This document shows positions 8,195 to 17,640 of a stretch of DNA of 64,000 nucleotides, piece by piece (position 1 is the first letter of the stretch; each line of letters opens with the position of its first letter). The position numbers were made by a program, and so were the translations under genes. The notes beneath the pieces are model-generated. The model saw only the letters and a program-made list of their open reading frames with translations, made no database searches and was not told where the DNA came from. The DNA is from Cenarchaeum sp. (lineage in GTDB: Archaea > Thermoproteota > Nitrososphaeria > Nitrososphaerales > Nitrosopumilaceae), in assembly GCA_965206845.1 (NCBI GenBank), contig OZ242221.1, positions 512,001 through 576,000 of the forward strand. The letters run 5' to 3'.

Positions 8195-10255
8195 GTGATG
8201 CTTCGGTCTGCGGTACTGCTTGGTCTGGTGGCAGCCATCGGCATGGCGCTGCTGTACCAGGGCACAGGCGGGCAGGATGCCGTCACGTACCTGCAGGACA
8301 GCGTGCCGTACATAGGGGCAGACGTGCCGCAGGAGTTGGGGTACGGCGGAGACGGAATAAGGGTGGCAGTGGTCGACACCGGGGTGGATCCCACGCATCC
8401 GGATCTCTTCGGGTTTGGCCCCGACGGCAAGGTGCGCGGAAGGAGCTTTGTGGGACAGGCCGAGGTTCCCTTTGACTCCAACGGCCACGGCACCCAGGTG
8501 GCCGGAATCATAGCGGCCAACGGCGGCATGCAGGGAATCGCGCCCGGATCAGTCATCTACTCCTACAAGGTGTCCCATGACGGCGACGCGGTATCGTCGG
8601 ATCTGATAGTCAAGGCGGTCAGGCAGGCCATTGCCGATGATGTGGATGTGATCAACATCAGCCTTGGGGTAAACAGGACCAACCGACAGATCGACGAGGC
8701 GGTAAATGAGGCCACAAGGGAGGGCATCGTGGTCGTGGTGGCCGCGGGAAACGACGGACCCGGAGCCGGCACCATCGGCAGCCCGGGAATCAATCCAAAC
8801 GCAATCACGGTGGGCGCCACGTACAACAACATCACGTCCAGCCTGGTGGCCACCTTGGAGGTTGACGGGGAGCTCTTTGAGGTGATCCCCATGGTCGGCG
8901 CCGCGCCCCTGAAGAGCGCCATATCCGCGCAGGTAGTCGACGGCGGCTACGGCAGGGTAGCGGATCTTGAGTCCGGCGACCACGATGGCAAGATAGTTCT
9001 CGCAGAGCGGGGCAGTGACACGGAGGGCGACGTAGTGTACTTTTCTGACAAGGAGTTCAACACTGCCAATGCCGGCGCGCTGGCGCTCTTGGTGTACAAT
9101 AACGTCGAGGGGCTCTTTTTGGGGGAGCTGATACACGAGTTTGTGGACGCAGACTATGCACCCAGGATTCCCACCGTCTCCATGTCCAGGGAGGACGGCC
9201 TGAAGATCAAGGACTTGTTGGAGGACGGAGCCGCAGGCACGCTGCACATCTTCAGAAACCCGGACTTTGTGGCCCATTTCAGCTCCCGGGGTCCCGCATC
9301 GCCGTTCTACATCAAGCCCGACATTGTGGCCCCCGGCGTCTTTATCAACAGCACGTCCCTTGGCGGCGGCTACAACTACACCTCAGGCACAAGCTTTGCG
9401 ACGCCGCATGTAAGCGGGGCCGTAGCCCTGCTGCTTGAGAAGAACCCCACGCTGGGGCCGTCGGAGATAAAGTCGATCATAGTCACAACGACAGACCTGG
9501 CATCAGACGAGCACGGAGAGCAGTTTCCCGTCGAGGTGGCAGGCTCCGGAAGGCTCAACGTCACCAGGGCGTTTAATGCGGAGCTGATCATATTCCCCAC
9601 CTCCCTGGCCTTTGACATCGCACTGCCGGGGACTGCGGACACGGAGGCGCTCAGAGTCCGGACCACGGATCCTCCGGTAGGCGACATAGGGGTACGAATA
9701 TCGGCACCCGATGCCTTTGATGTATCCCACGAGACATCAGGCGACGGGGTGGCATTCACGGCACGGATGGTGCAGGGCGTATCCGGTGAGTTTGCGGGAA
9801 GGATATTCCTTACCCACAAGGCAACCGAGTACAGCATACCGTTTGTCATCAGGACGTCAGAGGGCGCCATTACGGCCTCAAGCGACTCGGGAACGCTGAG
9901 CCTTGGAGTTGACGCGCCGGGGTGGTCGTTTGCTAGGATATACGTCACGGACTCAAAGACCGGCTACACCGATGCGGTGTCTGCGGTGCCGGGCCGGGAC
10001 GGCCAGCTCAGGGTGTACGATCCTGGCACGTACTGGATAGAGGCCAGGGTTACGGCAGGGGACCGGACGTACAGCATCTACGACAAGATAGGCGTGACCC
10101 AAGCAGCAGAGAGGGGTGCAACAGATGTGCTGGACATAGGCCTGCCCTATAGGCAGATGATCATATTGGCAGGAGTCACAGCCGCAGTGGCGGCATCGGG
10201 GGTGGCGCTCTCAAGATACAGGTCCGATAGCCCTGCTGCGGATTTATCGTCCTAG
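8195..10255 (+). CDS. Membrane-anchored subtilisin-like S8 serine protease with PA domain
   Basis: VAVVDTG, HGTQVAG, AAGN, SGTSFATPHV; N-terminal signal and C-terminal hydrophobic anchor. Confidence 0.92.
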   Translation: MMLRSAVLLGLVAAIGMALLYQGTGGQDAVTYLQDSVPYIGADVPQELGYGGDGIRVAVVDTGVDPTHPDLFGFGPDGKVRGRSFVGQAEVPFDSNGHGTQVAGIIAANGGMQGIAPGSVIYSYKVSHDGDAVSSDLIVKAVRQAIADDVDVINISLGVNRTNRQIDEAVNEATREGIVVVVAAGNDGPGAGTIGSPGINPNAITVGATYNNITSSLVATLEVDGELFEVIPMVGAAPLKSAISAQVVDGGYGRVADLESGDHDGKIVLAERGSDTEGDVVYFSDKEFNTANAGALALLVYNNVEGLFLGELIHEFVDADYAPRIPTVSMSREDGLKIKDLLEDGAAGTLHIFRNPDFVAHFSSRGPASPFYIKPDIVAPGVFINSTSLGGGYNYTSGTSFATPHVSGAVALLLEKNPTLGPSEIKSIIVTTTDLASDEHGEQFPVEVAGSGRLNVTRAFNAELIIFPTSLAFDIALPGTADTEALRVRTTDPPVGDIGVRISAPDAFDVSHETSGDGVAFTARMVQGVSGEFAGRIFLTHKATEYSIPFVIRTSEGAITASSDSGTLSLGVDAPGWSFARIYVTDSKTGYTDAVSAVPGRDGQLRVYDPGTYWIEARVTAGDRTYSIYDKIGVTQAAERGATDVLDIGLPYRQMIILAGVTAAVAASGVALSRYRSDSPAADLSS

Positions 10256-10302
10256 ACAGGCATCTGCATCGGGAGCGGCGCCTTCAAGGTACAGGCAGCG
10301 CT

Positions 10303-11901
10303 CTACACGTCCTGGGACGGTCTCGGACCGCTGGCCAGCACCTGCGGCGACACGCCGCCGAACTTGGTAAAGTTGCGCACAAACATCTGCGCCAGCCTTT
10401 CTGCTGCCTGGTCGTACGAGTCCCTGTCGGGCCAGGTCATCCTAGGGTTCAGGACGTCTGCGGGCACGCCAAGACACTCGATGGGAACGTCGATGTTGAA
10501 GAGATCGTCATGCCTGTAGGGAACCGCATCCAGTGCGCCTGACAGCGCGGCGGTAACCATTGCACGGCTGTGCCTTATCTTGATTCTGGATCCCGCACCG
10601 TAGGGGCCGCCGGACCATCCCGTGTTTATGAAGTATGTCTTTGCGCCGTACCTTTTGATCCTCTCACCAAGCATTCCTGCGTATACGGCAGCATGTCTTG
10701 GCATGAACGGCGCCCCAAAGCACTCAGAGAAGGTCGCCTTGGGCTCCTTGATTCCGCGCTCGGTGCCTGCAAGCTTGCTGGTGTACCCGGACATAAAGTG
10801 GTACATGGCGCCCATCTCTGTCAGCCGAGATACCGGAGGCAACACGCCCATGGCGTCTGCCGTAAGGAATATGATCGTCTTGGGGTTTCTCCCGATGCTG
10901 GGAGTCACGGCTCCCGGGATGTGATCCAGGGGGTATGCCACGCGGGTGTTCTCCGTAAGCTTGCCGTCATCAAAGTCTGGCCGCAGTGTCCTGCTGTCGA
11001 TCACAACATTCTCCAGAACCGCGCCGGATCTGATGGCGTTCCAGATCTCCGGCTCTGCCTCCCGACTCAGGTGGATGCACTTTGCGTAGCAGCCGCCCTC
11101 AAAGTTGAAGATGCCACGATCAGACCAGCCGTGCTCGTCATCTCCGATCAGCATTCTGTCTGGATCCGTGGACAGTGTTGTCTTGCCGGTGCCTGACAGC
11201 CCAAAGAAGAGCGCCGTATCGCCGCCCCGACCCATATTGGCAGAGCAGTGCATCGGGAACACGCCCCTTGACGGCAGGACAAAGTTCATTGTGCTGAACA
11301 TGGACTTTTTCATCTCGCCTGCATAGCTGGTGCCCCCGATTAGAACTATCCCCCGGGAGAGATTGAGGATTATGAAGACGTCGGAGTTTGTTCCGTCTTC
11401 CTTTGGTATGGACTCAAAGTCGTTGATGCACATAATGGTAAAGTCAGGCTTGTGTGACCGGAGCTCCCCGGTAGAGGGCCCCACAAAGAGCTGCCTGGCA
11501 AAGAGGCTCTGCCATGCGCGATCATTGATCACCCTGATGGCCAGCCGGTTCCCGGGATCCGCCCCCACAAATCCGTCAAACGCAAAGAGGTTCTTGCCGG
11601 TGACGAATCCCTTCATCTTCGCAAGCAGCCTGTCAAACTTGTCCTCTGGGAAGGGATGGTTGATCTTCCCCCAGTCTACCGTGTCCTGCGTCAGATCATC
11701 ATACACGATATATCTGTCGTCTGGGGAGCGGCCGGTGTACTTGCCGGTTCGAACAGACAGCGCCCCTGTGGATGTCACCGCGCCCTCACTTTGGGACACC
11801 GCCATATCTACCAAGGCGCCTACCGGGAGGTTTCGGTGAATCGTTCTTGGCGCAATGCCAAACTTGGCTATCTGTTGTGCAAACATGGTGGCAGTCTGCA
11901 C
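10303..11901 (-). CDS. pckA: Phosphoenolpyruvate carboxykinase (ATP)
   Basis: YAGEMKK, GLSGTGKTTLS, IGDDEHGW, NFEGGCYAK. Confidence 0.97.
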   Translation of the reverse strand: MQTATMFAQQIAKFGIAPRTIHRNLPVGALVDMAVSQSEGAVTSTGALSVRTGKYTGRSPDDRYIVYDDLTQDTVDWGKINHPFPEDKFDRLLAKMKGFVTGKNLFAFDGFVGADPGNRLAIRVINDRAWQSLFARQLFVGPSTGELRSHKPDFTIMCINDFESIPKEDGTNSDVFIILNLSRGIVLIGGTSYAGEMKKSMFSTMNFVLPSRGVFPMHCSANMGRGGDTALFFGLSGTGKTTLSTDPDRMLIGDDEHGWSDRGIFNFEGGCYAKCIHLSREAEPEIWNAIRSGAVLENVVIDSRTLRPDFDDGKLTENTRVAYPLDHIPGAVTPSIGRNPKTIIFLTADAMGVLPPVSRLTEMGAMYHFMSGYTSKLAGTERGIKEPKATFSECFGAPFMPRHAAVYAGMLGERIKRYGAKTYFINTGWSGGPYGAGSRIKIRHSRAMVTAALSGALDAVPYRHDDLFNIDVPIECLGVPADVLNPRMTWPDRDSYDQAAERLAQMFVRNFTKFGGVSPQVLASGPRPSQDV

Positions 11902-11980
11902 ATTACTACCCGTATCAAAGCCCCCTGCATTTGTATTCGATCCGCTTAAAGCTTCCTTAATATCTCTTTTGGGAATTATT

Positions 11981-11993
11981 GGCTGTGTCCTAC
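11981..11993 (+). mobile_element. Orphan IS5-like terminal repeat, interrupted by the adjacent MITE
   Basis: GGCTGTGTCCTAC, resumed by AGATATA after the MITE, matches the end GGCTGTGTCCTACAGATATA of the IS at 39551-39570 (reverse complement). Confidence 0.6.
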
Positions 11994-12225
11994 TACAGTA
12001 ATCCCAGATGTGCCAGATCTAGCACCTGTGAGAGTTTAGGTCACCCCCATCATGCCCATGAAGAGCTCAATTTGGCATGGGTCAAACCCCCGTATTCTGC
12101 CGCACGCGTCATCATTTGTGCCTAAATCTACATGAAATGGCCAAAAATATCTGAGTGGGACCAACCCTCCACTCAGTCAAATGGTGGCGACTTAACCTCT
12201 TACTGGCACATCTGGGATTACTGTA
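11994..12225. mobile_element. MITE with perfect TIRs and TA flanks (IS630/Tc1-like)
   Basis: TACAGTAATCCCAGATGTGCCAG (11994-12016) is the exact reverse complement of 12203-12225; no coding capacity. Confidence 0.85.
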
Positions 12226-12246
12226 CTAAGATATACCTGTCCAATA

Positions 12247-13481
12247 GGCTGTGTCCTAGAGACATAACCCAACAATAACCGGCTGACGCGGCGCCGGTAC
12301 GGGCATTATCAGAATTCCCAAGATTTGCAGTCTTTTTCGGATGTTGCCGGTTCAGGATCTGGTTCGCAACCGTAAAATCCCGCCCTGCCTGACATGGCAC
12401 GCGCAGGCTCCCCCACGGAACGGCGCGGCGGTCACCGCGCCAGTCCGGCAGCCATTGCAGTGAGCGACCCGTGCGTGAGCCTGCCGTCTTTTACTTGCGA
12501 GCGCGCGACCACTTCGACGCTGTAGCAGACGGCCCGGATTGCAATCTCCCGGCCCTGTCGGCCGCGCCTGCGGCTCCGGAGGTGGTTCCCGTACATTTTC
12601 TTGATTGCCCCAAAGACGGCCCCGATTATGCTCCGCTGGTGGTATTCGTCCAGGAACCTGGCCATCTCGTCCCTGTGCGTCCGGATCATGTCTCCCCACG
12701 CCTGGCTGCCCCCGTTCTTGCAGACGGTGTTGGATTTGGGCCGGATGCGCGGTGTCATGCCCTTGTCGGATATGGCGTCGCATATCTTCCTTGCCAGGTA
12801 GGCCGCGTCCAGGCAGAAGAGGTCGGTACCATCTTCGAGCCTGCCCAGCATCGGCCACAGTCCTGCGATGTCAGAGGCGTACACGTCGGTGACCAGGTAG
12901 TCTAGGGCGGTCCTGGTGGACACGTCGACTATGCTGTGCAGCTTGACCCAGCCGCGCTTGAGCCTGACCTGGCCGTGGCGGATGCTGAACCACCTGGCGA
13001 GCCTGTTGCCGGAGTAGCCGGTGCTGTCCCCGGCCACCGAGCCGGCCACCATGGCGTCGCCGATGATCCTAGTGTGGACCTCCCGCATGTACGGCTCGGG
13101 GATCAGTCCGTAGGCGCGCCAGATGGCGCCCTTGGAGGGTATCCTGAGCAGCCCCACCATCCGGGCCAGATTCGGGTTGATCCTGAGATGGCCCACCGTC
13201 TTTCGGCAGGTACGCGCCTCTGCCTCCATGAGGGTGCAGACGACAGCCATGGCCTTTGGCGGGTAGGCGGTCATGCCGCCCAGTCCGGGTTTGGCCCGGT
13301 AGGGGTCACCCAGATACTCGACTATCCTCAGTACCGTGTTCAGTATGGGGCCCGGCAGGCGCTGCCGGACCAGTTCGTAGGGTCGCTGATCGCGTTTTCT
13401 TTTTTTCACTGGATCGGGCCGCGATCATCGGATCATTGTGCCTTGCGATTTTGAGGAAGCATATGTCCGTGGGACACAGCC
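12247..13481. mobile_element. IS5-family (IS903-like) insertion sequence, copy 1
   Basis: TIRs GGCTGTGTCCTAGAGACATA / GGCTGTGTCCCACGGACATA (17/20); no flanking TSD seen. Confidence 0.85.
12432..13409 (-). CDS. DDE transposase (IS5/IS903-like), probably inactive because the catalytic Glu is replaced by Gly
   Basis: GDSTG, WVKLH, CLDAAY, YHQRSIIGAVFGAIKK (copy 2 has ...SIIEAVF...). Confidence 0.85.
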   Translation of the reverse strand: MKKRKRDQRPYELVRQRLPGPILNTVLRIVEYLGDPYRAKPGLGGMTAYPPKAMAVVCTLMEAEARTCRKTVGHLRINPNLARMVGLLRIPSKGAIWRAYGLIPEPYMREVHTRIIGDAMVAGSVAGDSTGYSGNRLARWFSIRHGQVRLKRGWVKLHSIVDVSTRTALDYLVTDVYASDIAGLWPMLGRLEDGTDLFCLDAAYLARKICDAISDKGMTPRIRPKSNTVCKNGGSQAWGDMIRTHRDEMARFLDEYHQRSIIGAVFGAIKKMYGNHLRSRRRGRQGREIAIRAVCYSVEVVARSQVKDGRLTHGSLTAMAAGLAR

Positions 13482-13526
13482 GGCCGTTGGGGAACGTATT
13501 TATTTCAAATTTCACCAGTTCGCAAT

Positions 13527-13925
13527 ATGCCAATCAACCGCGACAGGCTTGAGCAGCGCAGCAAGCTGGCGGCCCACAGGCCGGAGTTTAAGCGTCCCGA
13601 GAGCTGGAGATACAAGCGTCTGGACACCACCTGGAGAAAACCCAAGGGAATAGACAACCACATCAGAAAGCAGCTGAGTCGCGGCCGCCCGGGTGTTGTC
13701 AAGGTGGGCTTTGGCGGACCCAAGGCCGCAAGGGGCCTGCACCCGTCAGGCTACACCGATAACCTAGTCTTCAACCCGGACGGCCTAAACGGCCTGAACC
13801 CAAAGGTCGACGGGATACGGATAGGTCACACCGTGGGGATCAAAAAGAGAAGGGAGATAGTCCAGGCGGCCATAGAAGGAAAGTTCAAGGTATTCAATGC
13901 CAGGGTGAGCAAGGTTGGTAGTTAA
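13527..13925 (+). CDS. rpl32e: 50S ribosomal protein L32e
   Basis: FKRPESWRYKRL..WRKPKGIDN, RGLHPSG. Confidence 0.96.
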   Translation: MPINRDRLEQRSKLAAHRPEFKRPESWRYKRLDTTWRKPKGIDNHIRKQLSRGRPGVVKVGFGGPKAARGLHPSGYTDNLVFNPDGLNGLNPKVDGIRIGHTVGIKKRREIVQAAIEGKFKVFNARVSKVGS

Positions 13926-14370
13926 TCTCAGTGCAAAGAAGAGGCTGGCGGCCCGGGTTACAGGGTATGGGATCCACCGGATCACGTTCAGCCCCGATCA
14001 CCTGGAGGATATCGCAGACGCCATCACGCGGCAGGACATACGGGGCCTGGTCACCGCAAACAAGATCACCATCAAGAAGGTGCAGGGCACCTCCCGCGGC
14101 AGGGCCCAGCTCAAGCACCTGCAAAAAAAGAAGCGCGGGACCAAGGCAGGCTCCAAGCACGGAAGAAAGGGCGCTCGCATGGGCAAGAAGGAGACCTACG
14201 TCAAGAAGGTAAGATCCCTCAGGTACCTGCTGGGTGTGGCAAAGGACAGGTCCGATATAGACAACAAGGAGTTCTGGTCGCTGTACAAGAAGGTGAGAGG
14301 AAACACGGTACGAAACAAGGCCCACCTGAGGCAGCTCATCGAGACCGCAAAGCAGTCCAGAGAAGCCTAG
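13915..14370 (+). CDS. rpl19e: 50S ribosomal protein L19e
   Basis: KKRLAA..., AITRQDIR, GRKGAR; follows rpl32e. Confidence 0.95.
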   Translation: MVVNLSAKKRLAARVTGYGIHRITFSPDHLEDIADAITRQDIRGLVTANKITIKKVQGTSRGRAQLKHLQKKKRGTKAGSKHGRKGARMGKKETYVKKVRSLRYLLGVAKDRSDIDNKEFWSLYKKVRGNTVRNKAHLRQLIETAKQSREA

Positions 14371-14648
14371 AAGTGGTGCACCCTCTTCTCAAAGTCCAGT
14401 ATCTTGCGGCCCCTGATCTCCACCCCCTCGTCTGTTAGCATGTTGATCTTGATATCCTGCCCGTAGGCATAGCCGCCCACGCCCCCGTCGGAGAGCACCA
14501 CCCTGTGGCACGGAACCACGCCGGGAAACCTGTTTCTGTTCATTATCCGCCCTATGACGCGCTGTCCGTTTTTGAGCCCCACTGCCCTGGCCAGCTCCCC
14601 GTATGTGGTAACCTTGCCCTCGGGAACCTGCATCAGCTTCTTGTACAC
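14367..14648 (-). CDS. ogt: Methylated-DNA-protein-cysteine methyltransferase (MGMT C-terminal domain); start may be CTG at 14666
   Basis: VPEGKVTTYGELA, VPCHRVV active-site motif. Confidence 0.9.
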   Translation of the reverse strand: MYKKLMQVPEGKVTTYGELARAVGLKNGQRVIGRIMNRNRFPGVVPCHRVVLSDGGVGGYAYGQDIKINMLTDEGVEIRGRKILDFEKRVHHF

Positions 14649-14662
14649 GTCATCATCCAGGG

Positions 14663-15439
14663 TCAGAGCCGGATCACCTCCAGATCGGTGTCTGCGACCA
14701 GATCCAGGACCTTCTGCTTGTGGGGCCCGAGCCCCTTCCAGTCAAGGAGCGCCGCCGTGGCCCCTGCGTTGCGCTCAAGAATGTGCGAGAAGAGGTCGCA
14801 GTCAAGATGGCCGAGGTCGCGCCGCGGCACCACGGTTCCCAAGGCAAACTCGCCGTGTAGCAGCTCCTGGGTAAAGGCGCGCGGATAGTGCGTTCCTCCA
14901 AAGCATATGCCCACGGGATACCGGCCGGGATCCTGCCGCATTGCCTCGTCTACCACCTCTGCCACCCTGCCACACAGGTCTCCATCATCCCACTGCACCT
15001 GCGTGGTTCCCACCTCTATGAAGAGTGATGGCTTTGAGAGCGCCGTGGGGCCGTGGTGCGTTGCCTCGATTGTGATCTGAAAGTCCGCAAAGTCCCCCTG
15101 TCGCGCCTTTAGCAGGCGGAGATACCTCTTCTGCAGATCAGGGTATGGCACTGCCACCTGCCGGTCGCCCCCTCCAAAGGCGGCATGCGCAAAGTTTCCC
15201 GTGGAGTGGCAGGTGAGCGCCAGAACCCCGGAGCTTGCGGCATGCTTTGAGAGAAAGACGTAGCCGTCGTACCGGTACTCCTGCTCCAGCCAGTCCGCAG
15301 AGATTGCGGGCGTCGGTATCTCCGTCAGGTCATAGTCAGAACCCGAGAGCACGCTACCGTTTCGCCTCATCTTCTGCGACAGGTGCTGTGCCATGCTGTG
15401 TCCTGCCGGATCATCGCTGTAGGCGACCAGGATATTCAC
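14663..15439 (-). CDS. dtdA: D-aminoacyl-tRNA deacylase (archaeal DTD2/GEK1 type)
   Basis: FLSKH, LTCHSTGN, EATHHGPT, FIEVG, FGGTHY. Confidence 0.92.
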   Translation of the reverse strand: MNILVAYSDDPAGHSMAQHLSQKMRRNGSVLSGSDYDLTEIPTPAISADWLEQEYRYDGYVFLSKHAASSGVLALTCHSTGNFAHAAFGGGDRQVAVPYPDLQKRYLRLLKARQGDFADFQITIEATHHGPTALSKPSLFIEVGTTQVQWDDGDLCGRVAEVVDEAMRQDPGRYPVGICFGGTHYPRAFTQELLHGEFALGTVVPRRDLGHLDCDLFSHILERNAGATAALLDWKGLGPHKQKVLDLVADTDLEVIRL

Positions 15440-15476
15440 GATAAGAGATATAAAGATATCATATTAAAGCTCGCTG

Positions 15477-15647
15477 ATGAATATTATGAAAACATTGAGG
15501 AACATGGAGAATACCATGAAGATGGCAAGAAAGCCGGACAAGGAAGAGTACAAGCAGCACCTGCGCCTGGTCCTACTGGGAATCGGCGCCGTGGGGGCCA
15601 TAGGGTTTACCATCCAGTTCGTGTTCTCGGTAGTTACATTTACTTAA
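15477..15647 (+). CDS. secE: Protein translocase SecE/Sec61-gamma (56 aa)
   Basis: Manual translation MNIMKTLRNMENTMKMARKPDKEEYKQHLRLVLLGIGAVGAIGFTIQFVFSVVTFT*; directly upstream of spt5. Confidence 0.92.
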   Translation: MNIMKTLRNMENTMKMARKPDKEEYKQHLRLVLLGIGAVGAIGFTIQFVFSVVTFT

Positions 15648-16112
15648 GTGGAAAAGATGTCCCAAGAAATAAAATCACACCTCTTTGCCATAAGAACCAC
15701 AGGCGGGCAGGAAAAGGTCGTCATGAGGATACTCGAGTCCAAGTCCAGGGCAGACGCAGTCGACATCCAGTCGGTTCTGCTCGTGGAGAACCTCAAGGGA
15801 TATGTGGTAATAGAGGCCATGGAGCCCAGCGCGGTCTTCAAGGCAATCCAAGAGGTGCGACACATACGCGGCCAGCTCCGCGGGGAGCTGCAGTTTGAGG
15901 ATATCGAGGGATACCTCATCAAAAAATCCACGGTATCCACCCTGCAGGTAGACAACGTAGTGGAGATCGCAGGAGGCCCATTCAAGGGAATGAAGGCCAC
16001 AATCACAAGAATAGACCACGACAAGGAGGAGGCCACGGTAATACTGCTGGACGCCCCGTACCAGCTTCCGGTTACGGTCGATGCCAACTACCTCAAGGCA
16101 TCACCAGGTTAG
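15648..16112 (+). CDS. spt5: Transcription elongation factor Spt5/NusG
   Basis: AIRTTGGQE, LKGYVVIE, KOW motif VEIAGGPFKG. Confidence 0.95.
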   Translation: MEKMSQEIKSHLFAIRTTGGQEKVVMRILESKSRADAVDIQSVLLVENLKGYVVIEAMEPSAVFKAIQEVRHIRGQLRGELQFEDIEGYLIKKSTVSTLQVDNVVEIAGGPFKGMKATITRIDHDKEEATVILLDAPYQLPVTVDANYLKASPG

Positions 16113-16149
16113 GAAGGATTAAATTTTCAGGAGATACGGTGAGGGTATA

Positions 16150-16629
16150 ATGGGAGAACCGCAATCAGTATCTGCTCTGGTAACCGGCGGAAAGGCGTCG
16201 GCAGGACCGCCGCTGGGTCCCGCACTGGGCCCGCTGGGAGTGAACATCATGGAAGTGATCGGGGCCATCAACGAAAAGACCATGGGCTTTGAGGGAATGA
16301 AGGTTCCCGTCACGGTAGTTGTGGATACGGACACAAAAAAGTATGAGATCGAGATCGGCATACCGTCGTCTGCTGCCCTCATAATGAAGGAGATCGGAAT
16401 CACAAAGGGCTCCGGAGCGTCCGGCACCGAGTGGGTAGGCGACGTATCCATGGACTCGATAGTCAAGGTTGCAGGCACGAAGCTGGAGGCATCATATGCC
16501 ACCTCGCTAAAATCGGTTGCAAAGACCATAGTAGGCACCTGCCTTGCCCTGGGCATCAAGGTGGAGGGCAAGACACCCAAAGAGATAACCGCCGAGATCA
16601 ACGAAGGCAAGTGGGACGAAAAGATATAG
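16150..16629 (+). CDS. rpl11: 50S ribosomal protein L11
   Basis: GGKASAGPPLGPALGPLG. Confidence 0.97.
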   Translation: MGEPQSVSALVTGGKASAGPPLGPALGPLGVNIMEVIGAINEKTMGFEGMKVPVTVVVDTDTKKYEIEIGIPSSAALIMKEIGITKGSGASGTEWVGDVSMDSIVKVAGTKLEASYATSLKSVAKTIVGTCLALGIKVEGKTPKEITAEINEGKWDEKI

Positions 16630-16632
16630 AGG

Positions 16633-17403
16633 CTATGCGTCATACAGCCACTGGGTGACGATATCAGACACCAGCTGCTCCACGCTGCACTCCTCTTCCT
16701 CGGCCTCGGCCGCAAGCCTTGCCAGCAGCGGGCCGGACAGATCCAGCTTCATGTTTTTGTTGTAGTATCTGTTTGACTTGTGAACCAGCTGCGCGTGTGT
16801 GTCGTCCGGGTTGTCGACCACGGCCTTGATGTACCTGCTCCTCTTTGCCATGTCGTACTTTGCTATACGGTTTGCAACCTCCACTGCGTGAGCCGTGTTG
16901 CCAGAGGCGCGCATCAGGTGTATTGCCTGGTCGCGCGAGAGCAGCTCCGGCACCATGTCCTTGAGCTGGGACGGCACGGCGTCAAACCCCAGGTACCGCT
17001 CCAGCGTTCTTGCAGATATCCCCAGGTACCGGTGCGTCTTTGCCTTGCCGTTGCGGTCCACCAGAAACCGCACCGCCTTTGAGATCTCCGCCCCGGTCAT
17101 GTTGCGCCGCTGGAGGTTCTCTATAAGGGACGTGGTCTTGGCTCCCGTCACATCCTGCCCGTCATCTAGCACCAGGGCCTGAATGGTGTACATCTTCAGG
17201 GATATGCATGCGGCCAAGCGCCGCTGGCCCGATATCAGGACATAGCCGTCCTCCTCCTCCTGCACCAGGGGCGGATTCTGGAGGCCGTCTGCCTTGATCG
17301 AGCGCGCAAGCTCGTCGATGCCCTCCCTGTCAAGGCTTCGCGCCTGTGCCTCGGCCCACACGCGAATGGAATCCAATGGAATCTCCCGTAGGTGGTATCT
17401 CAA
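16633..17403 (-). CDS. ParB/Spo0J-like protein (ParB N-terminal domain, HTH, RHH-like C-terminus)
   Basis: IDELARSIKADGLQNPPLV, ISGQRRLAA, SLIENLQRRNM. Confidence 0.85.
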   Translation of the reverse strand: MRYHLREIPLDSIRVWAEAQARSLDREGIDELARSIKADGLQNPPLVQEEEDGYVLISGQRRLAACISLKMYTIQALVLDDGQDVTGAKTTSLIENLQRRNMTGAEISKAVRFLVDRNGKAKTHRYLGISARTLERYLGFDAVPSQLKDMVPELLSRDQAIHLMRASGNTAHAVEVANRIAKYDMAKRSRYIKAVVDNPDDTHAQLVHKSNRYYNKNMKLDLSGPLLARLAAEAEEEECSVEQLVSDIVTQWLYDA

Positions 17404-17640
17404 TGCAATTATTTGTTTGAGGATAGTATTTTAAACTCTTGCGGTATTTGCCTGGCGCGAGGCGGGTAGATCCCCCTTGCTCAGGCACAAACCTGCACGA
17501 CTGGATAGAGTCTTACGTCTGCTCGGCTGGACAGGCGCCATGCACATGCCGGCACGGCTGCATCGAGTCGGGCGCAGAACCCACTCCTCAGACGCGCATA
17601 TCAGGATGAGGGCGCAGTGGCATGACTGGTGCGCGTACCG

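Noticed and set aside
11971-11979. GGGAATTAT matching the first 9 nt of the TnpB element TIR
   Set aside because: Too short, no partner end or TSD found; may be chance in an AT-rich promoter region, though a relic end cannot be excluded
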